Below, in pieces: positions 1-17,069 of a DNA stretch of 64,000 bases (position 1 is the stretch's first letter; every line of letters begins with the position of its first letter). The notes under the pieces are model-generated. The model did not search any database. It was not told the origin of the DNA and was given only the letters and a program-made list of their open reading frames with translations. The position numbers and the translations under genes were made by a program. The stretch is from the human T2T-CHM13v2.0 reference genome, Homo sapiens: the NCBI RefSeq assembly GCF_009914755.1, contig NC_060926.1; one strand, given 5' to 3'.

Positions 1-229
1 TGGGAAATGCAGTCTTGAGGGACAGTCCCCAGTGGTGCAGGGCAGAGAGTGGAGGTAAATGGCTGGCACAAGCATGCCCTTGCTGCCCAGTTTCCATTCT
101 TGTAGTTCTACCCGTATTTAACTCCTGCCAGGACCAATTTCTCCTTCATACACCAACTTCTCCTTCATACATCCTCTCCCCACAAAGGGAGAGGCAAAGT
201 CCCAGCAACCCCTGTACCTATCTCAAAAT

Positions 230-383
230 GAGTTACAAGGTAATAATGAGAGGGTTCACTACCATTTCCACCCCTTGATTCCTGGGCCTGTGAATGTCTT
301 CTGTGGAAGAAACAATACCACATATTACTCCCTGGCTCATGGCATCCTGTAGGGCTTGGCTCCTAGATGGTTCCATAACTGAA
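230..383 (-). mobile_element. ERVL (HERVL-like) internal fragment, integrase C-terminal part
   Basis: Minus strand reads aatatgtggtattgtttcttcc...attcacaggcccaggaatcaaggggtggaaatggtagtg, matching the recalled HERVL integrase tail (YGTVSPIARIHGSRNQGVEV). Confidence 0.7.
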
Positions 384-1650
384 TATACATAAGACTGGGC
401 TCAAGCAAGTTCAGAAAGTACAAGTATTGAGCAGGTGGCCCAGTGTTCCATGACACCTACTCCTGCTGCATTGCTCTCCCAAACAAATGGAAGCTCTTTA
501 TGACCATACAAGAGGAGAATGAAAGCTGGGGTCTAGTTTACAATTAGGTCTACATAATATGTTGGCACCAACAAGAAATAGACTGCTGTTGCACCAAGCA
601 CCTCTCAAGGGTGGCCCTGAAGAACAGTGGTGAAGAAAAATATTCCCAATGGACAAAACTTTGAGCCCTTTCCCTAAAAGGAGCAGTCACCAGAGGTGAG
701 GATCTGTGCTGACTCATACGCCTTGGCTAATGATTTGAGCGGTTGGCTGGGGACTTAGAACAAAATTGGAAGATTTATGACAAGGAGGCCTGGGAAGAAG
801 TCAGATCTTTCAGAATGGGGAGAGCATGATGATGTTTGTGTCCTGCATGACTGTTTCCCAACGGCATCCACCGCAGAGGCTTTCAGAAGTCAGATGAACA
901 AGATGATGGCGATGATGATTCCTGCTACTCCCTGCCCCAGCTTGCTTCATGGTCTGTGTACAAAATGGCCCTAGCAATGAGATGAAGGTTGCACATGTGC
1001 TCAGCAGTGCAGCCCCACTCTCACCAGGGCTGACCCAGCTATTACCCCTGCTGACAGCCCAACCTGCAGTGACAGGGGCCAATGCTTCCTCCCCAGCACA
1101 GTACCATTCCTGAGAGCAGGTGGTGTGTGGCAGCTGCACGGTAGTGGGTTGCTTACATGAGACCCTTCCATCATTGGCAGCATTTGTCCTTACTACATTA
1201 GACAACTATGCTGTCTGTGGGTTTGCTTCTCTTGCCTGCTGTGCTTCTGCTGCGCCACTATCCATGGACTTAAAAAAGGATTTTTGTTTGTTTTTTTTTT
1301 TTTGAGACGGAGTCTCGCTCTGTCACTCAGTCTGGAGCGCAGTGGCGCCATCTCGGCTCACTGCAAGCTCCGCCTCCCAGGTTCACGCCATTCTCCTGCC
1401 TCAGCCTCCTGAGAAGCTGGGACTACAGGCACCCGCCACCACGCCCGGCTAATTTTTTGTATTTTTTTTAGTAGAGACGGGGTTTCACTGTGTTAGCCAG
1501 GATGGTCTTGATCTCCTGACTTCGTGATCCGCCCACCTCGGCCTCCCAAAGTGCTAGGATTACAGGTTAAAAAAGGTTTTGTCTCTCATCACCGTATCCT
1601 GAGAAACTTCACGCTGACCAAGGGACCCCTACACAACAAAAGAAGGAAGT
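384..1650 (+). mobile_element. ERVL pol segment (RNase H to integrase core), inverted relative to flanking ERVL sequence and interrupted by an AluY
   Basis: Decayed WFTDGS-, DSGEGKSSQWAEL-, YTDSWAVANGL-, FVLTGIDTY- and HHGIP..DQGT-like motifs on the + strand, with many stops and frameshifts. Confidence 0.75.
1281..1566 (-). mobile_element. AluY, 5'-truncated by about 20 nt
   Basis: AluY diagnostics (gcaagctccgcc, ttcacgccattc, gtgttagccaggatgg); TSD ttaaaaaagg(a)tttt at ~1269 and ~1567. Confidence 0.9.
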
Positions 1651-3510
1651 CACGTTTCACACGACTATGGATTCCTCCTGCACGTGCACAGCCATGTGGC
1701 TGGGTGGGTCAGACAGCACCCAGTTCATGGAGGCAACTTGAGTTACCTACCCATCCAGTGTCCCATGGCCAAGACTTCAGTCTCTACCAGAGGCCAGGAG
1801 GAAGCCAGAGAGGTTTCTCAAAAGCATAAATTATAGTTCCCTGTAGAAGCTACGGATTTGCTCTGACTGGTAGAACACAGAGATGTTTCGCGTTCTAGAG
1901 ATTAGCATTGATATATATTTAGTGTTCAATAAGTCCCCAGTGTCTTAGTGTTTCCCTTTCCCAGATGCACAGTCAACCTGGTAAGGCTCCTGGGCTCGTC
2001 TTCAATAAGGGATCAGTGCCCCTATGAGCTAGCAAAGTCCTGGGAATTGAAAGAGAAATAATTGCCTTTTGTGTTTACTAAGGCAGCTTCTGCTGATCAG
2101 CCTAGAATTTCTCTGCCTCTATAAATGAAGTAATGCTTTAGGAAGGTGCCAGTTTGTTCCATTTCAAAGGTGACTGTGGCTGGGCGTTGTGGCTCATGCT
2201 TGTAATCCGAGGACTTCGGGAGGCTGAGGCGGGTGGATCATGAGGTCAAGAGTTCGAGACCAGCCTGGCCAACACAGTGAAACCCCGTCTCTACTAAAAG
2301 TACAAAAATTAGCTGGCCGTGGTGGTGGGCACCTGTAATCCCAACTGCTTGGGAGGCTGAGGCAGGAGAATCACTTGAACCTGGGAGGCAGAGTTTGGAG
2401 TGAGCCGAGTTCGCGGCACCCTACTCCAGCCTGGGTGACAGAACTAGATTTCGTCTCAAAAAAAAAAAAAAGTGACTGTGATCTCTGTCATTCACTCCTG
2501 TCATGCATGACAGGCACTGCAGCCCCTTGTCTGCTGGCAGTGCTGCTGGCTGCTAGGCGCTGCTGTAGCTTTTCATCCTTCCCACTGGATCAGAAAGCCC
2601 ATTTTATAGGAATCTCCCACTGTCATTCTTGCAGGGCTGGCCGAGGCTGCTGGCCCTCCCCTCACCAAAGCATTTCTCAAAGCCTTTGTAAAGGGTGTCT
2701 CTGAGTCCTTCTGGGTGTGACATAGGTGGTGGGTAAGCGGGTCACACAAAATAATTTCCTTTCAATTTTCTCATATTCTTGAATCTTTGAATTCCTTCCT
2801 TGACAATATGCCAGGGAAGTCCTGGCCTCCTTATTTTGTTTAATGCAGTCCACTGTTGGGCCTAGGTTTCAATCAATCAAACAAACAAACTGCTAGGGCC
2901 TTTTCTAGCTCTTCAGGTAGCGCTCATCTCCAGAATCTTATTGGTAAATGTAGTCCAGTCCAACAGCAAAGTCTTGCAGTTGCTTTGGCAGTAAGCTGTG
3001 TTCTCCAGGAACAGACCTGGGAGGCATGGATCTGACTCTACGGGTCTGGAAGTAATAAGCAGAGGTGATGAATAAGTCTTTAGGAAAACAGGAATTTCCT
3101 TGCAAGGCAATTACTCCAGGTGAGGTCCCTGAGCAACAAATGGTGTCCTCAGACAGTGTGGGAGGGGTTATTTCCGCTGGTTAGGAAGCCTGGGTGGATT
3201 TGGAGTTCAAGGTTCTCAGATTCATATAAATCCATCCAAATGTCCCCATCTCAATCTCCAGGTCCCACTACCCCCACTAACAAGGTTCTACTCCCCTTAC
3301 CTAACCTTAAATAAGAGACCTAACAAGGCTGAAGGCTGAACTCATCTTGTAATTTGGAAGTCTACAAAACTAGGTTTGGGGTCTAGTCCTCTGCTTGTGA
3401 TATAGAAATAAAAAATGTTGTTAGGGTCACCACGGAAATTCTCAATTTCTTTGGTCATGCCTTCAGTTAAGCTAAGAGTTTAAGGCCCTGAGCTTAGCAT
3501 TTTTTTCCCT
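1651..3510 (-). mobile_element. ERVL internal region: gag, protease and RT tether (decayed, with deletions), interrupted by an Alu
   Basis: Minus strand gives EWDP..W.GDIW-like (~3270-3230), LPW..V.EGIQR-like (~2820-2780), TR.TVH.GKG..LL.T protease-like (~1990-1920) and FEK.LLA..W.LVETE / MNWVLSDP tether motifs (~1830-1700). Confidence 0.75.
2178..2471 (+). mobile_element. AluS
   Basis: Full dimer with poly(A); TSD gtgactgtg on both sides. Confidence 0.9.
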
Positions 3511-3933
3511 TTTCATTATGAGCTCTCTAGTACATGAAGAAGCCAGCCCTTCTTCATTACTACCATATCCATCATTACTGCCATACGCCTCATTACTACC
3601 ACACCCATCTAGTGCAGCAGCTGCTTATGTCCCAAAGCCTTGCTTTTCACTAGCCCTTCACTGAAAGCAAAGATGACAATTTAAGTCATTGTGATATCAT
3701 AGAATTGATAGAGCTCATCACTGCTTTCAAGCTCAAATACATAAGCAATCCCAGAATTCCTTGGACTGCTTCTGGGATCATGACTTATGCCAGTTAGGAA
3801 CCAATCAGGGCAGGGAATACACCTGAGGCTGAACAGACACATCTGGCATAGGAATGGGGCACACAGTTTGCACTTGACGACTTACCAGCTGGGTAATCCT
3901 TGGAATGTGGCGTGACCTCTCAGAGTGCTCTAA

Positions 3934-4263
<330 letters not shown>

Positions 4264-4899
4264 GGTGATCTTTTTTCTCTGTTTTACCAGATATGTCCTG
4301 CCAGGTGGCCATGAACTATGTGTCTCCGTTCCCACTGCTTTCAACCACAGTTCTTTGGAACTGGGAGGATGTCAGAACACAGTCGATAGGTGACTGGCCT
4401 TGAAGGGCTCTGTCCAGATAGAAAAACTGGTCCAATCAAGTCTCTCACTCAAGAATTGAAATGGGCAAGGCCTGGAAGCTCCTTAGGTTTGGGAAAGTTT
4501 TGGAGCCATGGATGAGCTGATGAAGAAGCAGAGGTGACTCATGCACAGGAAGAGGATGGGAGGGGAGCAAACTTGGAGGGGCAGAGACTGGGGAGACTGC
4601 GGAGACAGTGAGGCCTCCATCGAGGGTCAGCACCCACCCAGTGTGCATTTGGTTCTGCCCTGTTCCTTCACTTGGGTCCCTGAGAGACCCCTGCATCTTT
4701 ATTTTAAAGCAGAAACAAACAAACAAAAGCAGAAACAATAACAACAAAAAACCCTCCCTTCCACTTGAACTGTTTGTGTGGTCTCTCTTCCTTAAAGCCG
4801 AAAGATTCTGGCCTGGGAACAAAAAGAACACGTCTCCTATATCATTGTATTAAATGAGGAAGCTTGTGGGAAAGCCCAGGTGTACTGAAACAAAATAAG

Positions 4900-5030
4900 C
4901 AACTCGTTTTCAGAGTCAGACATCTTAGGGTTCAAATTCTTGGTCTACCACTTATTATCAATCTGGCCCTGGGCAGCTTCACCTCCCTTTGCCTCAGTTT
5001 CCTCAACTGTAAAATGAAGATAATTCTATT
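4900..5030 (+). mobile_element. MIR fragment
   Basis: MIR core text gggttcaaattcttgg...gcctcagtttcctcaactgtaaaatg. Confidence 0.7.
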
Positions 5031-5325
5031 TGGAATGCCCTTCTAGACCTGTCAGTTTTGATTTGTAAACTGCTAACCATTCTTCTAAGTCTAGTTCAAG
5101 TGATATCTCCACAAATCCTAAGTCCCCAGGGGAGTCCCCTCTCTTCCCTGCCTCAGCAGGATGATCCTATTCTGCCCACAGAACACTAATTTACACATCT
5201 GCAGTATCTTTGCTACTGCACCATGAGCCACAGCAGGGGCCATGCCAATCCCCCTTATCCCAATCAGGCATGGCAGAGAGCCTCTCTGAGATGAGGTGCT
5301 GGATAAATGTTTCTTGAATGAGTAA

Positions 5326-5709
<384 letters not shown>

Positions 5710-6260
5710 TAAACATTCTAATGGAAGCGCAGACTGCTCAGGTGCTTATCATATACGATTATGTCTGAAATGTATCTCACATGATAGCAATTATAAAATT
5801 AATTTGCCCTTTGGCGTTAATGAATGTCATGTGAGTATTCTGAGTTTTCTTCAACTAAAACATTAGTGAATGCAGAATAAGACCTTGAGAAGGAAAAGAG
5901 ATAAATGGAGAGTAGATGAAGCACAGTGTACTGAGTCTTCTAAGATGATGAAAATAATTTAGAAAAAGTAGGGCGGTTCATAGAAGAAATCAACAGCCCC
6001 CAATGGAGAAGGGAAAAATGCAGATGGTAAAAATTAACTATAGAATGGGGACAATATTCTGGCCCATTATTTCAACAATTGGGCCAAGAAAATCCATGAT
6101 ATGATTGGAAATATGAAGTCATTTCAGTCAATTAGAAACAACCTCTGGATTCCCTAATTTCATGAATGGCCCAACCCTAGTATCACCTGAGTGCCCAACG
6201 GTTATTGACTCTGCTCTGTGGGGGACAGGCCAACATCCTTGCATTTCAACATGCCAGACA

Positions 6261-6561
<301 letters not shown>

Positions 6562-6776
6562 TTAGGATGTTCCCAACCATGTTTTCTATATTCTCATAGA
6601 GAGAAAATTATAAAAGTGTAATATTTATTTTAAGTTGGAGTGAAGTTTAAATTGGCTATAAATTCCTCAGTTGCATTTAACTAGGAATAAGATTAATATC
6701 TTTTAAGCGGGAGGAGGCAATACATTCCCAGAGGAAACTGAACCGATGGAAAGCTCCACAGGCATGAATTAGCTGA

Positions 6777-7525
<749 letters not shown>

Positions 7526-7708
7526 GATATAAATCAGAACCACAATATTCTCTTTTTATTTAAACAGACACCACGATATCTAGAGATAAGATCCTTTCAG
7601 AACAAGGTTGACTCGTGGGAAAGGATCTTATTAAAACCATTCAGAAATTGGCAAATGACATCAGTGATATTCCAAGAAGGAAATTAGTTAAGAAAATTCA
7701 ATAAACTC

Positions 7709-8470
7709 TGGCCAGGCACAGTAGCTCATGCCTGTAATCCCAGCACTTTGGGAGACTGAGGGGGGCCAGATCACGAGGTCAGGAGTTTGAGAACAGAACA
7801 GCCTGGCCAACATTGGGAAACCCCGTCTCTACTAAAGAAACAAAAAATTGGCCAGGCACGGTGGCTCACACCTGTAATCCCAGCACTTTGGGAGGCCAAG
7901 ATGGGTGGATCACGAGGTCAGGAGTTCGAGACTAGCCTGGCCAACATGGTGAAACCCTGTCTCTGCTAAAAATACAAAAACTAGCTGGGTGTGGTGATGA
8001 GTACCTGTAATCCCAGCTGCTTGGGAGTCTGAGGCATGAGAATGGCTTGAACTCAGGAGGCAGAGGCTGCAGTAAGCCAAGATCACGCCATTGCACTCCA
8101 GCCTGGGTGACAGGGCGAGACTCCGCCCCCCCGCCAAAAAATAAATCAAATAAACTCACAGCCAAGCGCAGTGGCTTATGCCTGTAAGCCCAGCACTTTG
8201 GGAGGTCAAGTTGGTTGAATTACGTGAGGTCAGGAGTTTGAGACCAGCATGGCCAACACGGCGAAACCCCATCTCTACTAAAAGTACAAAAACTAGCTGG
8301 GCGTGGTGGTGTGTGCCTGTAGTCCCAGCTACTCGGGAGGCTGAGGCAGGAGAATTGCTTGCCTGGGAGGCAGAGGTCGCAGTGAGCCAAGATCACGCCA
8401 TTGCACTCCAGCCTGGGTGACAAAGATTTCGCCCCCCCCAAAAACACACACAAAAAAACAAAAAAAACAA
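7709..8470 (+). mobile_element. Tandem Alu cluster: one left monomer plus two full AluS
   Basis: Alu starts at ~7709, ~7849 and ~8160. Confidence 0.9.
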
Positions 8471-9066
8471 AACTCAAATAACAGCACCCCCGTGGCCCCA
8501 GGCTCCTTTCCATCTCAATTGGAGCCCTGTCTTCCTGTGGGGGATGTACTGTGATTTATCCAGGGCTGCAGTGCAGGTGGTCAGTGGTTCGCATGGACGG
8601 TGAGAGCAGCTGTGGGTGGGACAGATGGTGGGCTAGGCTGGGGGCTGGACAGCCCCTGCAGCAGCTGCTGAGCAGAAGGAAGATTTTGTCTGGCAGACAA
8701 ATCTGAAAGCCCAGGGCCAGAGCAAAAACAATTCCTAGGTTAGAAAAGAAAACAAATCAGCAGGGGGCTCCAGATGAGGTATGGACTCTGAGGGGGCCGC
8801 GGGGCCGGGAGCCCTGAATGAGAGTGCTGTCTCTAGGCCCCCAGCCTACGATTCCTAGAAGGGGAACAGCAGCAAAGCAAATCTCCAGTCTGGGAGGGCT
8901 GATGGTCCAGGCAGCCAGGCCCCGGCCAGGTATGAGGGTTGGACACCAGCTATGGCTCAGTCTCAGGCACAAGCAAATGCCCAGATAGCAAAGTTGGGGC
9001 ACAAGATAGGGGCCCATGCTGAGCAGCAGGTGCTGAGCTGTTGTCTCAGGCTGGGGTCAGTCCCAG

Positions 9067-9607
9067 TGAGGCAGGAGAATAAGGCCTGGAGGCAAAGAAC
9101 TAAGGCCAATTTGTGCTTATTTCCTAGAAATGAATCAAAAGGAAAACCCCACTTCTCCACACCCAATTAGGGAAAGGATCAGAAGCTACTCCCTTTGTAC
9201 TGTGTCACAAATGAAAAATGGAACGTTCCTCTGATTTTTCCCTTCCTGCAACCAATCAGACTAGTTGGGCCAAGTCTTCATGTATAACTTTGTACTTCAC
9301 TTCAGCCTCTGATTGGTCACCTCCTGCAACCAATCAGGCTGATTGTAGGCCAAGTCTTCATTTACATAGGGTGTAACCAAGTAACCAATGGGACATGTCT
9401 AGAGGGTGTTTACACCCCAGAAAACTCTGTAACCAGTTCTCTTGAGCCACTTGCTGCATCCTGATCCCACTCTGTGGAGTGTACTTTCCTTTCAATAAAT
9501 CTCTGCTTTTATTGCTTCATTCTTTCATTGCATTGTGTGTTTTGTCCAATTTGCTCAAAACACCAAGAACCTGGATGACTCATAGTCAAGACCCTCCACC
9601 AGTAACA
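9067..9607 (+). mobile_element. MER51-family ERV1 solo LTR
   Basis: TG...CA termini (tgaggcaggagaata ... ccaccagtaaca), perfect 4-bp TSD ccag (9063-9066 and 9608-9611), several CCAAT boxes, AATAAA. Confidence 0.85.
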
Positions 9608-10059
9608 CCAGAAAAACAAAGGGAGGAAAAGCTGAGCCTACAGGGAGGCATCAAGTAGTCCCCATGCCAGGAGGCAGATGGGGGACTGCTGGATGAGTAG
9701 CCAGTTGGCCTGGTGTGGCCCAGGGAGGGGCTGACGGCTGCCAGGAGCCTGAGCCGCAGAGTGCTGGTTCTGCCACCACATGACCTTAGCCAAATCTCTT
9801 GGAACCTCATTTTAATTTTCTGAAAAACAGTGATAATAACTTCAACTCCTCCTAACAGTCTGGGTTAAGGTGTCAGTTTCCTTCCCCAGCTCCTGGTGAT
9901 CCATCTGGCCCTTGGGTGTAGAGAAGGTGCTAGCTGAGTGTCTGTCTTAAGCACTCTTCTCTCATTTTGTGCTTTCTCCTGAATTATCTCTACTCCTATA
10001 GCTACAGCTCTAGCTTGACCTCTGTTTCAGACCTCAATGTACTAATTAGGCATCCTTAG

Positions 10060-10740
<681 letters not shown>

Positions 10741-10989
10741 AGTGCAAGACATGGGGCACAGTGAGTAGCTGGAAGTCTGCTGCATTTATCCTTGACTTTC
10801 AGCTGTCTTCAGGATATATCCCTTGGATGCCCTACAGGTAAACCTGTTCAAAGTCTAACTCATTAATGTCCCCAGTAAAGCCTGCTCCTCCTACTCTATT
10901 TCTTCCTCTGGTAATAGTATTATCACCCACCCAGATGCCCAGCTACAAACCTTTGAGTAAGCTTGACTTCTCCCTCTTCCCTAGATCCA

Positions 10990-11875
<886 letters not shown>

Positions 11876-12424
11876 TTTCAAAGTTGTCCTCTTTTCTATT
11901 CCCACCGCCTTCTCCCTTGTGCGATTGCCATGGCTTCCTAATGATCCCCTGGCCTCCAATGTGGTTCTTCTCAAGCAGAGCATCTGTACTGCCACAGTGC
12001 TCCACTTCCAAAGTAGATATTAACACTCAGCTGATCAAAAGACTTCCATTGCTTCCACCTGCCATCTATGGACCACACCTGAGTTGCTTGGAACATCATT
12101 CAATTTAACCTTCACAATCTCTCCTTGGCCTTGACTCCACCTAGTGTCCTTCCCTCTCCCACACTTGGACAACTAGCTTTCCCTGAAGGTACTTTGTGCT
12201 ACTCCCTCTACCTGAAATGCTCCCATTGATTTCTCATTCTATCAAAATCCTATTCATATTCATTCATTAGAGCTCAGCTTAAAACCTCCTTCATCCTCAA
12301 AGACCTTTTTCCTCCCTCTTGTGGGCTCTCACAGCACTTTGCACATACTCTGTACCTTGTATATCTCTATTTAAGAGCATGTCTATCTCCTCCATTAGCT
12401 GGGGATATTTGAAGGCAAGGAAGG

Positions 12425-12560
12425 TGTTTCATTCATTTGTGCATTCATTTCAGCAATCCACTGTGGAGTACCTACTGTGCCCTGCTTCTTGTCCTGGGTG
12501 CTGGAAGTAGATCAATAAAACAGATAAAAATTCCTACTCCTGTTGGCTTCTTTCTAGTGT
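12425..12560 (-). mobile_element. L2 3' end fragment
   Basis: ttcattcatt...tacctactgtgcc...ctgggtgctgg is the typical reverse-complement L2 terminus. Confidence 0.6.
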
Positions 12561-13386
12561 ATACCCAATGTTGAGTTGTGCTCTTGCATAGAGCAAGTGT
12601 CTCACAGTTTGCTAAATAACTGAAAAGGAGATCATCATTTTAAATTCCCTTACTGATCATATACAGAGCTCATGGCAATGCTGAAACTCACAACTATATT
12701 AGGAAGATAAAATGGAATTATAGCTGGAATGTCTGCAGAAATTGCAGAAGAACCATATAAACAGAAGTGAATTTAGTCTAAATTAAGGCCAGGAACACTT
12801 GAGGCAAAAGGTGGGAAGGTTGATAGAACACCTAAATTAAAGGGAACAGCCTCTGTGTTTGAGGCTAACAAGAATCCACACGCCAGCAAAGAGAACAGAC
12901 GTGTCTAGGAGTCATTTCCCGAAATAACCCCTCCTCCAGTTGGCTTTGAGTGAAAAGCTCTAATGAGACCAGTGCCTCCCAAATGTCGCTGGACAGTAGC
13001 CAACTACAGCACAGTCATGGCTTCAGACACATGGACTCAGGGCTGGAGGCACAGGGTGAAATCTCTGCAGAGACAGCCCTTCATTCTCTTCTTCTGGGAT
13101 ACTTCCAAAGCCAGTGGATCACTCCTATGTAAAGCAGACTGCTCTATTCTGTTGCTCAGCAGCCCTAATTACATTTACTCCTCTTCTACTACCTCTTGGT
13201 TTTCACCCATCCTTCCCATTGAAAAAGGTCTTTTTACTTTGCAGCAAAATGCCATCACTCGATTTCCGTAAAGATGCATACGTTATAGAAATTCAAACAA
13301 CAATATGAATTTAAACTCACCTTAAATGTTACCAGCCAGAAATAACCTTTATGAATATTTAGCAAAGATTCTTATAAAAATCTCTT

Positions 13387-14042
13387 GGCCAGGCACAGTG
13401 ACTCACACCTGTAATCCCAGCATTTTGGGAGGCCGAGGCGGGCGGATCATGAGGTCAGGAGTGCGAGACCAGCCTGGCCAACAGTGAAACCCCATCTCTA
13501 CTAAAAATAAAAAAATTAGTCTGGCATTGTGGCCGGCACCTGTAATCCCAGCTATTCAGGAGGCTGAGGTGGGAGAATCACTTGAATGTGGGAGGAGGAG
13601 GTTGCAGGGAACACAGACCACACCATTGCACTCCACCCTGGGTGAAAGAATTTTAATTATTATTAAAATAAGTAAATAAATAAATAAAAATAAAAATATC
13701 TCAATGTGGGCCGGGCACGGTGGCTCACACCTGTAATCCCAGCACTTTGGAAGGCCAAGGCAGGTGGACCACCTTAGGTCAGGAGTTCAAGACCAGCCTG
13801 GCTAACATGGTGAAACCCTACCTCTACTAAAAACACAAAAATTAGCTGGGTGTGGTGGCAGACAACTGTAATCTCAGCTACTTGGGAGGCTGAGGCAGGA
13901 GAACTGCTTGAACCTGGGAGGTAGAGGTTTTAGTAAGCCAAGATCACGCTATTCCACTCCAGACTGGGCAACAAGAGCAAAATTCTGTCTAAAAAAAAAA
14001 ACCAAAACCAAAATCAAAAACAAAATGACAACAACAAAAAAA
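13387..14042 (+). mobile_element. Two tandem AluS elements
   Basis: Starts at ~13387 and ~13708, each with an A-rich tail. Confidence 0.9.
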
Positions 14043-14222
14043 CTCAATGCATACCTACACATAGAAAAAAATAATTATACCAAAATGAGATATCACAATT
14101 CTACTTTTAAATTTTAATTTTAACCTTATTATCAAAAAACCTTTATGGAAGTACAGCATACATACATACTACCAGCTTGGGAACAAATTGAAATTGCAAA
14201 TGCAATAATTATCAGAAAATGT

Positions 14223-15229
<1,007 letters not shown>

Positions 15230-16194
15230 CTATTTCTGCTAGAAACAGAAGTCTCACAGGCATTGCTTTTTCTATAAAATAGTTAATGAAATTTTGGAGC
15301 ACCTTACATGAATTTGTATTAAAACATACTTAGGATGTGGTGCCCATTGTCCAGCGTGTGGTGCCACTTTTTTTGTGAGAAGGAGATTTCTCTGAATTCT
15401 TTAATTCTGAAGCAATATGTGTTCCTAAACAGATAATATGGAATATTATTGTGAATTATGTCCTTAATGATAAATTTAAGGGCATAGGAGAAATATTATC
15501 TGTATAGTTGACGTTGGTAAAAAGACTAGAGCACAACTTTCAACTTACTAACAACGTTTCTGAGGCAGTTAAGAATTTTGATTATCTTAATTCATGAAAC
15601 ATAAAACTTAAATTAACCTGAAAATTCAATGTACAGTGTTTGCCCTTGTCTGTTGTTCAAATCTCACTTTTTAAAGCCAGGCTCCTATCAGAAACAGAAT
15701 AAAGTTAAAGCTCTTAATTAGAACCAGAGATGAAGACATGTTGGCTGCTAATTGGAGGAAAAACTATGTCCTTAAATCCAGAGAGGTTGACAGTCAAGAT
15801 GAAAAGCTAGATTATTATACTCATTAGGCTGAAAAAAATAATCGCCTCAGTGGCCCAAAGACAAGGTCTGAATTTAACATGAGAGGAAACTGGATCTATG
15901 CATCTGCTGTGTTGAGACCTCATAGTTTTATACCATAGAAATGGGCACGGTTGGTTTTCTGGAAGAGTTGCAAGTATAAGCTATTTGTATTTGTTCCTCT
16001 GCCTAGAATTGTGGGTGTCCACTGAGGCAGTCCATATTTGATGGATGACTGAGTCCTGATTTCTGAGAGTCAGCTGACTCTAGTGTTACTGATCTTATGG
16101 AAAAGTCAATCCAGTGAGAAGGTTTTGTGGGTTTCAAATACACATAGATCATAATCTAAATATATCCCAGTTTTTGTTTTATTTTACTTTTCAG

Positions 16195-16356
16195 CCAATC
16201 CTGAGGCATAAGAAACATTTTAATTCACTGCACATTCCAAAAGCCTTGCAGAAAGCCTTGCCATTTAAGAACAAGCCCAAGACCCAAGCAAACGCAGGCA
16301 AGGTGCTGAAGGACAGGCAGAGACCAACCATCATAAGCAAGCCTCATGAAAGGAAG
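16195..16356 (+). pseudogene. BMS1: BMS1 unprocessed pseudogene, penultimate exon (162 bp)
   Basis: PILRHKKHFNSLHIPKALQKALPFKNKPKTQA.AGKV.KDR.RP.II..PHERK matches the BMS1 C-terminus; acceptor ttttcag and donor aag|gt. Confidence 0.92.
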
Positions 16357-16839
16357 GTCCTGTGGCCAATTGACTGCCATTTAGAGAGGAAAATAACACT
16401 CTTGGCAGCACACTTTGCATTTCTACTGTAACTCAGTTTTGATCAGGAGGGGATGAGACCAGAGTTATTCACGGCACTAGAACTATAGGTTAGAGGCAGG
16501 GCTGGAGTCTATTTCCAGTCCTTTGCTTGGCCGTGTTCTGCCCTGTGCATTTTAATGTGGAGTCATAGGCATGGCTGGGGAGCCCTTCCTCCTGGTTAGT
16601 GGCACACAGAGCCCATAGAGTGATGAACAGAGGTGGTTTTGCGGTAAAGGTAAATGTGCTCACACCTGTATCTCCATGCCAACAATGATTTCCTAGCTCG
16701 GGATGCATTTTCAAGGCGTTAACATTCATTTGGATCCTGGATTGCCTCTATCTTGGATTCCATCAGCTGACATGCCTGGATGGGAGTGTGCGGTGTCTGT
16801 GAGAGTATTCTGATGCTCGCCAGGTTTTGTCCCTGTCAG

Positions 16840-17069
16840 ATCCTTGCACTGCTGGATGCTCTGAGTACAGTGTGCAGTCAGAGGGTGCAGAAGGCCAAGA
16901 AGCAGCAGCACCTGCAGAATAAAGAGCATTTTAAAGCACTCCTCAAGCAGAAGGAGGAGAAGCTGAAGCAGCAAGAGGACCTCAGAAGAAGCTCTTCTGA
17001 ATTCAGGGTCAGAGGGAAAGAAGAAGCCAGAAATCCAGTCTGAAGAGGGCTGAGGAGCAATTGCAGTGA
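16840..17069 (+). pseudogene. BMS1: BMS1 unprocessed pseudogene, last exon coding part (3' UTR-like sequence follows, AATAAA at 17457)
   Basis: Acceptor ctgtcag, then ILALLDALSTV.SQ...KAK.Q.HL.NKEHF..; 1-nt deletion near 16985 and a TGA at 16998 in the BMS1 frame; ends ..QKSSLK.AE.QLQ-TGA. Confidence 0.92.
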
